Origin: an uncultured Actinomycetes bacterium
Lineage (GTDB): Bacteria; Actinomycetota; Acidimicrobiia; IMCC26256; PALSA-555
Direction of reading: 5' to 3'
Assembly (NCBI GenBank): GCA_963821325.1
Contig: CAWGDC010000004.1
Span: forward strand, 15,462 to 79,461
DNA: 64,000 bases
Shown piece by piece: positions 20,869-31,916 of this stretch. The notes below the pieces were generated by a model that was given only the letters and a program-made list of their open reading frames with translations, had not been told where the DNA came from and did no database searches. Both the position numbers and the translations under genes were made by a program. How positions within the stretch are numbered: the first letter of the stretch is position 1; every line of letters starts with the position of its first letter.

Positions 20869-21953
20869 ATGGCCGAGGCGCTGCGGCGCAGCCCGCTCGA
20901 CGCCGCGCACCGTGCCGCCGGCGCGCGGATGGCGGCGTTCGGTGGCTGGGAGATGCCCATCCAGTTCACCGGGGTCCTCGAGGAGCACCGCGCGTGTCGC
21001 GGCGACGCCGTCGTGTTCGACGTGTCGCACCTCGGGTCGGTGCTCGTCGACGGGCCCGGCGCGTTCACCGCGCTGCAATGGGCGCTCAGCAACGACCTGC
21101 GCCGCGTCGAGCCGGGCCGCACCCAGTACACCCATCTCCTCGACCCCGACGACGGGCACGTCGTCGACGACATCATCGCCTGGTGGGTCGCCCCCGACCG
21201 GTTCCTCGTCATGCCGAACGCGTCGAACACCCGCGGGGTCACCACCGCGATCGCCGACGCGGTGGCGCACACCGACGGGCCGCTCGAGCACCGCGACGTC
21301 ACCGCGTCCCGTGCCGTGCTCGCCGTCCAGGGGCCAACGCGCGGGAGCGGCTCACCGGCGTCGTCGACGACGCCGTCGCGGTGCCGCGCCTGCACGTGCA
21401 GGCCGTCGCCGACCCCTTCGACGGGTACGTCGCGGGGACCGGGTACACCGGCGAGGACGGCGTCGAGCTGCACGTCCCCGCCGACGACGCGCCCGCCGTG
21501 TGGGCCCGGCTCCTCGACGCGGGGATCCGCCCGGCCGGGCTCGGCGCGCGCGACACGCTGCGCCTCGAGGCCGGCTACCCGCTCCACGGCCACGAGCTCG
21601 GCCCCGGCATCACCCCGGCGCAGGCCGGGCTCGGCTGGGTGGCCCGCTTCGACAAGGGCGACTTCCGGGGCCGCGCGCCGCTGCTCGCCGAGCGGGAGCG
21701 GGGCGTCACGCGGCGGCTCCGCGGCCTGCTCGGCGCCGACCGTCAGATCCCCCGGGCAGGCTGCACTGTGTCCCGCGACGGCCAGCCGGTCGGCGAGGTG
21801 ACGAGCGGCAACTTCTCACCCACCCTCGAGCGGGGCATCGCGCTCGCCTTCTTGCCCCCCGACCTCCCCGACGCGACCGACGTGACGATCGACGTCCGCG
21901 GCCGGACCGTCGCCGCGCGGGTGGTCCGCCCACCGTTCGTGCCCACCGTCTGA
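20869..21953 (+). CDS. gcvT: Glycine cleavage system T protein (indel near 21335)
   Basis: FGGWEMP, FDVSHLG, GTGYTGEDGVEL, GLGARDTLRLEAG. Confidence 0.94.
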
Positions 21954-22050
21954 GCCGACGCGAGCGAGTCGCGGTTTCCCCGCAGCGCATCGCTCGGCCT
22001 CGCCGGCTCACCCGGGCCGCGTCGCGACGGCTGACCTAGCATCACCGGCG

Positions 22051-22413
22051 GTGATCCGCACCCACGGTCTGACCCACGTGCATCTCCTCGTCGACGACCT
22101 CGACCGATCGCTGCGCTTCTATACGCAGGTGTTCGGGATGCAGGAGCGGTTCCGGGACGGGCCACGCATGGTGTTCCTCACCACACCCGGCTCCGCCGAC
22201 TCCATCACCCTCAACGAACAGCCCGGCGATCCCCGCATCGGCGCGGGTGGCATCGACCACCTCGGGTTCCGGTTGGTCGACCCGGCCGACCTCGAGGAGG
22301 CCATCCGCCAGGTCGAAGCGGCGGGCGGCCAGCTCGTTGAGCACGGGGAGCACGCCCCGGGCTCGCCCTACGCGTACGTCACCGACCCGGACGGTTACCG
22401 AATCGAGCTGTGA
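22051..22413 (+). CDS. VOC/glyoxalase family protein
   Basis: [28 protein letters not shown]. Confidence 0.9.
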   Translation: MIRTHGLTHVHLLVDDLDRSLRFYTQVFGMQERFRDGPRMVFLTTPGSADSITLNEQPGDPRIGAGGIDHLGFRLVDPADLEEAIRQVEAAGGQLVEHGEHAPGSPYAYVTDPDGYRIEL

Positions 22414-22467
22414 CCTCGCCACGGGCATCAAGGCGTCGTGCCCGGGCTAGGCTGCGGCGACAGCCGT

Positions 22468-22645
22468 CGACCCCGGTCGGGAGAGTCCTCGCTGCGGCGA
22501 GGCGCCGAAGGAGCAAACCCTCCCGGAACCTCTCAGGCCACCGAACCGCCGGGCGAGGCCACGCTGGAGAGCAGGCGGCGAGCCGCCTCACCGAAGGGGA
22601 AAGCCGGTCCGCCGGCGAAACTCTCAGGTCCACCGACAGCGCGGG
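22468..22645 (+). ncRNA. Tandem glycine riboswitch
   Basis: Two aptamers, each GGAGAG...CCGAAGG..AA...CTCTCAGG (22480/22531 and 22566/22621), directly upstream of gcvP; -10 TAGGCT at 22448. Confidence 0.95.
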
Positions 22646-22698
22646 AGCGACGGGTCACACCGGTGACCCGGGCAGCGCACGCGACCGTCGGAGCGACC

Positions 22699-25557
22699 AT
22701 GACCCTGCGAGACCTCGAGCCCACCCGCTTCGTCCGACGCCACATCGGCCCCGACGACGCCGAGCAGGCGGCCATGCTCGCGACGCTCGGGCTGTCGTCG
22801 CTCGACGAGCTCGCCCGCGCCACCGTGCCCGCCGGCATCCGCGACGACGGGCCGCTCGCGATCCCCGACGCGGCCGACGAGGCGGCCGTCGCCGACGAGC
22901 TCGCGGCGCTCGCGGCGCGCAACACCGTGCTCGTCTCGCTGCTCGGCACCGGGTACGCCGACACCGTCACGCCGCCCGTGATCCAGCGCAACGTGCTCGA
23001 GAACCCCGCCTGGTACACGGCGTACACCCCGTACCAGCCCGAGATCGCCCAAGGGCGCCTCGAGGCGCTCCTGAACTTCCAGACGATGGTCGCCGACCTC
23101 ACCGGGATGGGGCTCGCGAACGCGTCGCTGCTCGACGAGTCCACCGCCGCCGCCGAGGCGATGGCGCTGTGCCACCGGGTCAACCAGCAGGCCGGCACCA
23201 CGTTCGTCGTCGACCCCGGCGCCCATCCGCAGACGATCGGCGTCGTGCAGACCCGCGCCGCGGCGCTCGGCCTCGACGTCCACGTCGCGCGACCCCGACG
23301 ACGGCCTGCCCGACGGCGTGTTCGCGGCGTTGCTCCAAGAGCCGGGCACCACCGGCCAGGTCCGCGACCGGCGCGCGACGATCGACGCGCTGCACGCCCG
23401 CGGGGCGCTCGTCGCCGTCGCGGCCGACCTCCTCGCCTGCACGCTGCTCGTCCCGCCGGGGGAGCAGGGCGCCGACGTCGTCGTCGGCTCGGCGCAGCGC
23501 TTCGGGGTGCCACTCGGCTTCGGGGGACCCCACGCCGGGTTCCTCGCCACCCGCGACGAGTACCAGCGCAGCGTCCCCGGCCGGCTCGTCGGCGTGTCCG
23601 TCGACACCGCCGGCCGCCCCGCGCTCCGCCTCGCCCTCCAGACCCGCGAGCAGCACATCCGCCGCGAGCGCGCCACCAGCAACATCTGCACCGCGCAGGT
23701 GCTCCTCGCGGTCATCGCCGGGCTCTACGCCGTGTACCACGGTCCCGAGGGGCTCGCCCGGATCGCGGGGCGCGTCCACCGGCTCGCCGTCGTGCTCGCC
23801 GCCGGGCTGCGCGCCGGCACGGTCGACGTGCTCCACGACGTCGTCTTCGACACGGTCGCCGCCCGGGTGCCGGGCCGCGCCGGCGCGGTCGCGGCGGCCG
23901 CCCGGGCCGACGGCGTCAACCTGCGGGTCGTCGACCCCGACACGGTGGTCATCGCGCTCGACGAGACGACCACACCGACGATCGTCGAGACCGTCTGGCG
24001 GGCCTTCGGCTGCGCCGCGACCGTCGACGAGCTCGACGGACGCGTCGACGACCGCGCTGCCGGCGTCGCTGACCCGCACCTCCCCGTACCTCACGCACCC
24101 GGTGTTCCACCGCTACCAGTCCGAGACCGAGCTGCTGCGCTACCTCCGCCGCCTCGCCGACCGCGACCTCGCGTTGGACCGCACGATGATCCCGCTCGGG
24201 TCGTGCACCATGAAGCTGAACGGCACCACCGAGATGGTGCCGATCACCTGGCCCGAGTTCGCCCGGCTGCACCCGTTCGCGCCCCTCGAGCAGGCCGGCG
24301 GGTACCGGCAGCTGTTCGCCGACCTGGAGGCCTGGCTGGCCGAGATCACCGGCTACGACGCCGTGTCCCTGCAGCCCAACGCCGGATCGCAAGGCGAGTT
24401 CGCCGGGCTGCTCGCCATCCGCGCCTACCACCGTGACCGGGGTGAGCCCGACCGCGACGTGTGCCTGATCCCGGCGTCGGCGCACGGGACGAACGCGGCG
24501 AGCGCCTCGATGGCCGGGCTGCGGGTCGTCGTCGTGGCCTGCGACGACGACGGCAACGTCGACGTCGACGACCTGAAGCGCAAGGCCCACGAGCACGCCG
24601 AGCGGCTCAGCGCGCTCATGGTCACGTACCCGTCGACGCACGGCGTGTTCGAGGGGACCATCCGGGACGTGTGCGCCGTCGTCCACGACGCCGGCGGCCA
24701 GGTGTACCTCGACGGCGCCAACCTCAACGCGCTCGTCGGGCTCGCCAAGCCCGGCGCGTTCGGGGCCGACGTGTCGCACCTGAACCTGCACAAGACCTTC
24801 TGCATCCCCCACGGGGGCGGCGGGCCCGGCGTCGGGCCGGTCGCGGTGCGCGCCCACCTCGCGCCGTACCTGCCGAACCACCCGCTCGTCCCCGAGGCCG
24901 GTCCGGCGACCGGGGTCGGGCCGATCAGCGAGGCGCCGTGGGGCTCGGCGGGGATCCTCCCGATCTCGTGGGCGTACCTGCGGCTCATGGGCCCGGACGG
25001 GCTGCGACAGGCGTCGCTCGTCGCGATCCTCAACGCCAACTACGTCGCCCGGCGCCTCGCCGAGCACTACCCGGTCCTCTACACCGGTCCGGACGGGTTC
25101 GTCGCGCACGAGTGCATCCTCGACCTGCGGCCGCTCACCGCCACGACCGGCGTGAGCGCCGAGGACGTCGCCAAGCGGCTCATCGACCACGGGTTCCACG
25201 CCCCGACGATGTCGTTCCCCGTCGCCGGGACGCTCATGGTCGAGCCCACCGAATCCGAATCGCCAGCGCGAGCTCGACCGCTTCTGCGACGCGATGATCG
25301 CCATCCGGGCCGAGATCGCCGCGGTCGAGCGGGGGGAGTGGTCCCTCGACGACAGCCCGCTGCGGCACGCGCCGCACCCGGCCGCCGACCTGCTCACCGA
25401 CCAGTGGGACCGCCCCTACACGCGCGCGCAGGCCGCGTACCCGGGCGAGCGGCCCGACGACAAGTACTGGCCGCCCGTCGGGCGCCTCGACGCCGTGTAC
25501 GGCGACCGCCACGTCGTGTGCTCCTGCCCGCCGCTCGAGACGTACGCCGACGAGTGA
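22699..25557 (+). CDS. gcvP: Glycine dehydrogenase, P protein (about 3 indels)
   Basis: [47 protein letters not shown]-Lys, CSCPP. Confidence 0.96.
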
Positions 25558-25612
25558 CCGGCGCGGGGAGATGCGCCGCGGGGCAGACCGCGGGTCGTAG
25601 GCTCACGTCCCG

Positions 25613-26266
25613 ATGAGCCGATGGGACGACGACGAGGGCCGCTTCGGCGACGCGCCCACCGAGCGCGCCCCGGTGCCCTCGGGCGGGTCCGGCGGCTACG
25701 ACCCGACCGTCCCGGCCGGCGACAGCACGCAGTACCTGCCGCCACCCCGCGGGCCGGGCGGCGGTCCTCCCGGCCCCGGCGGGCCCGAGGACTCGGGACG
25801 GCAGCGGACGATCCTCTTCGTCATCGCCGGGATCCTCGTCGTCGTGATCGTGGTGCTGCTCGTCATCCTGCTGACCAGCTCGGGGAGCTCGAACACGACC
25901 AGCCCGTCGACCTCCACGTCGGTGTCGTCGACGACGACGACGACGGCCACGACCGCCCCCGCGCAGGTCGCGATCCAGTCGTTCAACGTCCCAAGCACCG
26001 TGACCTGCTCGAGCCCGACGACGATCTCGGTGTCGTGGTCGGCCACGAACGCGACGCAGGTCGTCCTCTCCATCGACGGGGCCGGCGCCTACAAGACCTA
26101 CTCGGGTCCGACCGGCGCCGACTCCGTGCCGTTCGCGTGCGACGGGCACACCCACACGTACACGATCACCGCCAAGAACGCCACGTCGCAGCAGAGCCGG
26201 TCGTCGACCGTCACCCAGATCTCGCCGCCGACGACGACGCCGACCACGACACCGCCGACCACCTGA
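25613..26266 (+). CDS. Single-pass membrane protein with Thr/Ser-rich linker and beta-rich extracellular domain
   Basis: Pro/Gly-rich N-terminus, [23 protein letters not shown], Thr-rich repeats, Cys pair. Confidence 0.75.
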   Translation: MSRWDDDEGRFGDAPTERAPVPSGGSGGYDPTVPAGDSTQYLPPPRGPGGGPPGPGGPEDSGRQRTILFVIAGILVVVIVVLLVILLTSSGSSNTTSPSTSTSVSSTTTTTATTAPAQVAIQSFNVPSTVTCSSPTTISVSWSATNATQVVLSIDGAGAYKTYSGPTGADSVPFACDGHTHTYTITAKNATSQQSRSSTVTQISPPTTTPTTTPPTT

Positions 26267-26268
26267 GC

Positions 26269-26913
26269 GTGGGTGCGCCGGCGCCGCGCGACTGGGTCGC
26301 GTGGCACCAGGCCTACGACGCGCCCGGATCGCCGCTCGCCCGCCGGCTGGTCCTCGTCCAGGCGCAGCTGCGCCACGCGCTCGACCGTGCCCCGGCCGGG
26401 CCGCTGCGACTCGTGAGCCTCTGCGCCGGGCAGGGACGCGACGCGCTCGGGGTGCTCGCCGCCCATCCCCGCCGAGCCGACGTGCAGGCCCGCCTCGTCG
26501 AGCTCAACCCGGCGCTGGCCGACGCGGCCCGCACCGAGGCCCACGCCCAGGACCTCGCGGTCGAGATCGTCACCGGCGACGCCGGGCTCACCGACGCCTA
26601 CGTCGGGGCCGTGCCCGCCCACGTGGTGCTGGCCTGCGGCGTGTTCGGCAACGTCAGCGACGCGGACATCGAGACCACGATCCGCGCCTTCCCGCAGCTG
26701 TGCGCGCCCGGCGCGTCCGTGCTCTGGACCCGGCACCGCCGGCCCCCCGACCTCACCCCGACGGTCCGGCGGTGGTTCGCGGACGCCGGCTTCGACGAGC
26801 TGGCCTTCGAGGTCCTCGCCGACGACGACTACGTGAGCGTCGGCCACCACTGCTTCGTCGGCCAGCCTGCACCGTTGCCGACTGGCCGACGCCTCTTCAC
26901 CTTCGTTGGGTAG
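26269..26913 (+). CDS. Class I SAM-dependent methyltransferase
   Basis: DW..WH..YD, VSLCAGQGRD, ACGVFGN. Confidence 0.85.
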   Translation: MGAPAPRDWVAWHQAYDAPGSPLARRLVLVQAQLRHALDRAPAGPLRLVSLCAGQGRDALGVLAAHPRRADVQARLVELNPALADAARTEAHAQDLAVEIVTGDAGLTDAYVGAVPAHVVLACGVFGNVSDADIETTIRAFPQLCAPGASVLWTRHRRPPDLTPTVRRWFADAGFDELAFEVLADDDYVSVGHHCFVGQPAPLPTGRRLFTFVG

Positions 26914-27246
26914 GGATCCGAGCGACGTGAGGATGCGCAGGTCCTGACCGGACACGGTCGTCGGGTGGCTCGACGTCCGCGGTGCCCCGTGCACGTCGAC
27001 GACGCGGTTCACGATCGACGAGCTCGACACGAGCTCGTCGTCGAAGGTGATCGCCCACGACCCCGTCGTGAACGCCAACGGCGTCGGTTCTCGGTGCCGC
27101 CCCGGCGCTGGCCATGCCGACGGCCCCGACGGCCCCGCTCAGCAGCGCCGCGCCGGGCGTCCGAACAATTCCGGGCCCCGTCCTCATGGGGACCACGATT
27201 GGCCCAGGCGAAGCAAACCGGAGGGCTCTCCACCAGCGGGGGTGTC

Positions 27247-27825
27247 ATGCGCCAGGTCGTGTGGTCGATGTCGGTGTCGCTCGACGGCTTCATGGAGGGG
27301 CCCAACCGCGAGATCGACTGGCATCGCGTCGACGACGAGCTGCTCCAGCACTTCAACGACGAGTTCCGCGGGGCCGGCGCCTTCCTCGAGGGGCGGGTCA
27401 CCTACGAGCTGATGGCCGAGTTCTGGCCCACCGCCGACGCCGACCCGGCGACCCCGGCACCGGTCGCCGAGTTCGCTCGCATCTGGCGGGGCGTGCCCAA
27501 GATCGTCTACTCCCGCACCCTCGAGCACGCCGACGGGAACGCGACGATCGTCCGCGACGTCATCCCCGAGGAGGTCCGGGCGCTCCAGGCGCCGCCCGGC
27601 GGGGACCTCGTCGTCGGCGGCGCCAACCTAGCAGCCACGTTCCTCGAGCACGACCTGATCGACGAGATCCGCGTGTACGTCCACCCGGTCGTCCTCGGGC
27701 GCGGCAAGCCCATGTTCCGGCGCGCCGACACCAGCCGTGCGCTCCACCTCGAGGCGACCCGCACGTTCGGGAACGGCGTCGTGATGCTCCGCTACGCCGT
27801 CTCACACGGCTCGGCGGCGGGTTAG
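27247..27825 (+). CDS. Dihydrofolate reductase-like (RibD_C) protein
   Basis: SVSLDGF, GRVTYE, PKIVYSRTL, GGANLA, HPVVLGRGKP. Confidence 0.9.
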   Translation: MRQVVWSMSVSLDGFMEGPNREIDWHRVDDELLQHFNDEFRGAGAFLEGRVTYELMAEFWPTADADPATPAPVAEFARIWRGVPKIVYSRTLEHADGNATIVRDVIPEEVRALQAPPGGDLVVGGANLAATFLEHDLIDEIRVYVHPVVLGRGKPMFRRADTSRALHLEATRTFGNGVVMLRYAVSHGSAAG

Positions 27826-28464
27826 CTAAGCGGCGGCCGCGGCGCCAGCCCCCCGACGGAGCAGCACGATCGAGGTGACCAGCACCCAGAGCGGCACCAG
27901 CAGGAGCGGGAAGAAGATGACGGCCGCGAGCTGGAGCACCGCGACGACGTAGCCGGCGATCGTGAGCCACCCCGGCAGGACGCCGCCCCGGCGGGCCAGG
28001 TACGACGCGAGCGCGACGAACACGCCGGCCGCCAACGCCCCGGGGACCACGAGGATCCCCGCGGCGAGGCCGCTGAGCTGCTGGGAGAGCGCACCGGAGG
28101 GAACCGGCGCGCTGGTGAAGGCCTTGTTGCCGGCGATCGCCGTACCGACCAGCGCGAACAGCATCCCCATCGCGGCGAACACCGAGCCGAACGTGAGCAT
28201 CATGCCGGCACCGTCGCCCAGCGCGCTGCGGAGCTTCGACGCGAACCAGATGAACGCCAACAGACCGAACACCACGAGGTAAGCGCCCAGGATCTGCTTC
28301 GTGCGGTTGCTGCTGCTGTTCCACAGCACCGCCCATTGCGTGGCGTTCTTGCTGTCCTTGGGCGACGGTTGGATGAACGTCCCCACCACGAAGAGCACGG
28401 AGAAGGCGATGCCCATCCACGCGCCGACGCGTCCGACGCCCGCGCTCGAACCTGTCGCTGCCAT
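27826..28464 (-). CDS. Hypothetical integral membrane protein
   Basis: About 6 hydrophobic helices. Confidence 0.75.
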   Translation of the reverse strand: MAATGSSAGVGRVGAWMGIAFSVLFVVGTFIQPSPKDSKNATQWAVLWNSSSNRTKQILGAYLVVFGLLAFIWFASKLRSALGDGAGMMLTFGSVFAAMGMLFALVGTAIAGNKAFTSAPVPSGALSQQLSGLAAGILVVPGALAAGVFVALASYLARRGGVLPGWLTIAGYVVAVLQLAAVIFFPLLLVPLWVLVTSIVLLRRGAGAAAAA

Positions 28465-28637
28465 CCGAACGACCCCCCAGTGCTCGAGAAACCTGCCGGT
28501 GCGCCGACCCGCCCTCCGGCCCGGGCGAGTCTGACGGACATGCGACCGCCGGTCAATTGCTGAACACGAACACGTCCGGACCTGCGCTGCGCGTGACAAC
28601 GCTCGGGTTCCCTGCTCGCCGCGCTCGAGGTGTCCGC

Positions 28638-29000
28638 ATGGCCAGCCTCGTTGCCCGATCCTGCACGCCGAATCCGCGGATCGACATCCTCGCCACCGCA
28701 CCCGACACCGGCGCGACGCTGCGCTCGACGACCTGCCGCGGGCTGCTCGACGTCAGCGTCGACACCAACAAGGGACCGGCCATGACGGAAGGGACGCTCG
28801 ACGTGACCCTGCCGGACTACCCGCCGTATCAGGCGTCACCGGCGTCCGCGGGGAGCTCAGCGGCGTGCGCCGTCGCCCCGGACGGTGAGCCTGCCCAGGA
28901 TGTCGCCGCAGCCCTGCCGGAGCGCGGCGCGGGCGGCGGGGGAGAGGGCGGGGGAGAGGGAGGCGGGCGAGCCACGATCGCGCTCGCCCGCCTCCCGCAC
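28638..29000 (+). pseudogene. Possible gene fragment, function unknown
   Basis: SD gaggt + ATG; GC3-like codons to about 28850, then low-complexity sequence with ggcgggggagag x2; 3' boundary approximate. Confidence 0.25.
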
Positions 29001-29037
29001 GCCGTTGCCCTCGCCGGGGCATGGGCGGCGCCGCGGA

Positions 29038-29640
29038 TCAGCCGCTGGCCGCCGTCGACGCCGTTGACGACGCACCGACTGCGCCGCCCCCGAGCAACTG
29101 CTCCTCGGATGGTGTCCGACGACCATGCCAGATGCCCACCACGACGAGCACGGCCATCAGCGCCGCAAGCACGAACGCGGCGATGCCCGCCCAGAAGGCG
29201 ATCTGGCCGAAAGTCCAAAAGCCGTACGCCTCGAGCAGCAAGCCTCGGAGCGTCGTCCCCTGGAACGACGTCTGCTCGAGCGCCTTGAGCTTCGCGTTCG
29301 CCGGATGCGCCAGCGCCTGCGCGCTGATCGTCGCGTACACGCCGCCGAACGGCATCTCCGACAGATGCACCCCGATGAAGTGGTTCGCGTACGCCTCGGC
29401 CTGCGGCCCGGTCAGCACCTGCTGCCCCGCGTACTGGTTCAGGTACGGGCCGATCTTCGGGCTTGCCAGCGCCGAGCTGCCCGCCTTCGGGAAGAAGATC
29501 TGCTGCTGCGCCAGCTGGTCGTGGACCGAGCCGTTGGCGAACGTGTAACCCCACATCAAGAGGCCACCCGCGACCAGCAACACCACCACCACCAGCGCCC
29601 CGCCGGCACTCGCCAAGAAGTCGAACACTCGCCGTCGCAT
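29038..29640 (-). CDS. Conserved actinobacterial two-TM membrane protein
   Basis: TM, V.DQL.QQ.I.FP, GPQAEAYANHFI, F.G.TLRGLLL.AY.F, TM; SD gaggag. Confidence 0.85.
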   Translation of the reverse strand: MRRRVFDFLASAGGALVVVVLLVAGGLLMWGYTFANGSVHDQLAQQQIFFPKAGSSALASPKIGPYLNQYAGQQVLTGPQAEAYANHFIGVHLSEMPFGGVYATISAQALAHPANAKLKALEQTSFQGTTLRGLLLEAYGFWTFGQIAFWAGIAAFVLAALMAVLVVVGIWHGRRTPSEEQLLGGGAVGASSTASTAASG

Positions 29641-29839
29641 ACTTCGCCTCTCCTCGGTGTCCTGTGCTCCTGCACGCCAGCGTCACGGAAGGGGAGGGGA
29701 CCCGATAGGGCCAGAGGGCCTAATCCCTCAGCCCGTCGGCCCGCTGTCCCCGCTCGATCGCGTGGCCGAGGCGTCCAGCCCGCGCCTCGCCGAGGCCCGT
29801 GCGCAGCCCACCGACGACCCTGAGAGCACCCGACGATCT

Positions 29840-29867
29840 ACTTGACATAACGAGGATTATCGGCACT
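29840..29867 (-). other. dif site (XerC/XerD chromosome dimer resolution site)
   Basis: Minus strand AGTGCCGATAA-TCCTCG-TTATGTCAAGT: 11-6-11 layout like E. coli dif (GGTGCGCATAA-N6-TTATGTTAAAT), with the actinobacterial-type TTATGTCAAGT arm; intergenic; dominant gene strand switches nearby. Confidence 0.88.
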
Positions 29868-29918
29868 CACGCACACGGGTGAGGGGCGTCGTCCCATCAG
29901 GCCATATCCCGGGGCCGG

Positions 29919-29947
29919 CTCAAGCCCGAAAAGGGATCCACCGATGC
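29919..29947 (+). promoter_or_regulatory. Putative sigma-28 (FliA/WhiG)-type promoter for the exosortase operon
   Basis: CTCAAG-N15-ACCGATGC. Confidence 0.5.
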
Positions 29948-30030
29948 TCCTAAGAGGGTTGGGAGGCGGACCGGGTGGTCCGCGTTCCGGCCTGTCAGCC
30001 GCTGCGGTGCCGAGAGGGGTCCTGAGGGGC

Positions 30031-30510
30031 ATGAGAACTGGCCGTCGAACCAAGTGCCTCGCGCTCGGAATGCTCGCGGGCGCGGCGGTCGCCTTCGTGG
30101 CCACATCCGGGACGGCGTCGGCGGCACCGTCGTCGGTGCAGCCGATCGTCGTCTGCAGCGTGACCCGACACGGGTCGACGCACTCGATCTTCGGGTACGC
30201 CAACACCGGACCGAACCTGACGCTCGGCGTCGGGAGCAGCAACAGCTTCTCCCCCGGCCCGGCCGACCGCGGCCAGCCCACGACCTTTCAGTCCGGCACG
30301 AAGATCAACGTCTTCGCCATCGATGCCCCCGGGCCGGTGACGTGGACGCTCGACGGCGTGCGCGTGCGCACGCCCGGCCAGGCCTGCCAGGCGACGCCGG
30401 TGAGCAGCCCGGTGGCCGACTGGGGTCCCGTCGTGGCCATCGTCGGCGTCACCGCGCTGCTCGGCCTCCTGCTGTTCTGGCGCACGTTTCGCCTTCGGAC
30501 CCGCTCGTGA
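30031..30510 (+). CDS. Secreted protein with C-terminal sorting-signal-like tail (candidate exosortase substrate)
   Basis: Signal peptide ending ASA; Cys pair; C-terminal PVADWG + TM helix + WRTFRLRTRS basic tail. Confidence 0.8.
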   Translation: MRTGRRTKCLALGMLAGAAVAFVATSGTASAAPSSVQPIVVCSVTRHGSTHSIFGYANTGPNLTLGVGSSNSFSPGPADRGQPTTFQSGTKINVFAIDAPGPVTWTLDGVRVRTPGQACQATPVSSPVADWGPVVAIVGVTALLGLLLFWRTFRLRTRS

Positions 30511-31916
30511 CCCTGCTGACCGAGCGCGCCCGTCCGGTCAGCGCGCCCGTACCGCCCGCCCCCGTCGCGGCCGCGGCCCCGCACACCGGGCCCGCCGGCG
30601 CGCCGTGGACGCTGCTGTTCCTCGCCGGATTTGGGATGCTGCTCTTCGGATTGCTCGGCACCACCGGCGCCAGCCTCGCCGTCGTGGTGTTCCTCACGGT
30701 GCTGTTCCTCGTGTTCTTGCTCCGCCATCTGGCCTTCGCCGTGGCCGCGCTCTCCTCCGCGCCGCGGGACATGCGCACCACCGGGTTCGACTGGGGCTAT
30801 CACCCGTTCGTCACCGTGATGGTCCCCTGTCGCAACGAGGCGCTCGTCATCGAGGGGCTCGCGAGCACGCTGCTGGCGCTCGACTATCCCGACGACCGCC
30901 ACGAGATCATCATCGTCGACGACGGGTCAGACGACGACACTCCGGCGATCCTCGACGAGCTCACACGTCGTCACCCGGTGCTGCACTGCATCCACCGGCC
31001 TCCGAACTCGGGCGGCGGGAAGTCGGGTGCGCTGAACAGCGCGTTGGCGATCGCCCGCGGCGAGATCGTCGTCGTCTTCGACGCTGACCACAAGCCACGC
31101 GCCGACGTGCTGCGGCGCCTGGTGCGCCACTTCGCCGACCCCAGCGTCGGCGCCGTCCAGGGTCGCTGCATCGTCCGGAACTCGAACGAGACGCGCCTCG
31201 CACGCAGCATCGCGGTCGACTACTACTGCGGCTACCTCGTCAACGAGTACGGCCGCCAGACGCTCTTCGAGCTGCCCGCGTACGGCGGCTCGAACTGCGC
31301 CGCACGCGTCAGCTGGCTTCGAGGCTTCGGCGGCTGGAACGAGAACACCGTCACCGAGGACACCGACCTCACGCTGCGGATGGTCCTCGTCGGCCGGCGG
31401 GTGCGCTTCGACGTCACCGCGATCGACACAGAGGAGAGCGTCCCGACCTTCCGGCGGTTCTGGCGCCAGCGCTACCGCTGGGCCCGCGGGCACCAGCAGG
31501 CCTGGCGTGAGTACCGGGTCGCCATGTGGCGGTCGAAGAACCTGAGCTTCGCCCGCCGGGTCGAATCGATCATGTTCCTGCTCGTGTACCACGTCCCGGT
31601 GTTCTGCATGCTCGGGCTCGTCTTCGTCACCCTCCGTGCCGCGGGCGTGCTCACGTGGGGCAACGGGCTCGATCTCACCCCGGTGGCGACGCTGCTGTTC
31701 CTCGGGCCGCTGATCGAGCTCGCCTCCGGGCTCATCGTCAGCCGCGCGCCCCGTCAGGCCGCGAGCGGCATCCTGCTGTTCCTCCCGACGTTCGTGCTCT
31801 TCACGGTGGTGTGCACCAAGTCGTGGTTCGACGGGATCCTGGGCCGCCCCTACACCTGGGTCAAGACGCCCCGCTCCGGGGTCGGCCAGGACCCCACCGT
31901 GGCGGTGCCGTCGTGA
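30507..31916 (+). CDS. Processive GT2 glycosyltransferase (CesA/PgaC-like)
   Basis: VDDGS, GKSGALN, FDAD, TED, QRYRW motifs with flanking TMs. Confidence 0.92.
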   Translation: MTLLTERARPVSAPVPPAPVAAAAPHTGPAGAPWTLLFLAGFGMLLFGLLGTTGASLAVVVFLTVLFLVFLLRHLAFAVAALSSAPRDMRTTGFDWGYHPFVTVMVPCRNEALVIEGLASTLLALDYPDDRHEIIIVDDGSDDDTPAILDELTRRHPVLHCIHRPPNSGGGKSGALNSALAIARGEIVVVFDADHKPRADVLRRLVRHFADPSVGAVQGRCIVRNSNETRLARSIAVDYYCGYLVNEYGRQTLFELPAYGGSNCAARVSWLRGFGGWNENTVTEDTDLTLRMVLVGRRVRFDVTAIDTEESVPTFRRFWRQRYRWARGHQQAWREYRVAMWRSKNLSFARRVESIMFLLVYHVPVFCMLGLVFVTLRAAGVLTWGNGLDLTPVATLLFLGPLIELASGLIVSRAPRQAASGILLFLPTFVLFTVVCTKSWFDGILGRPYTWVKTPRSGVGQDPTVAVPS

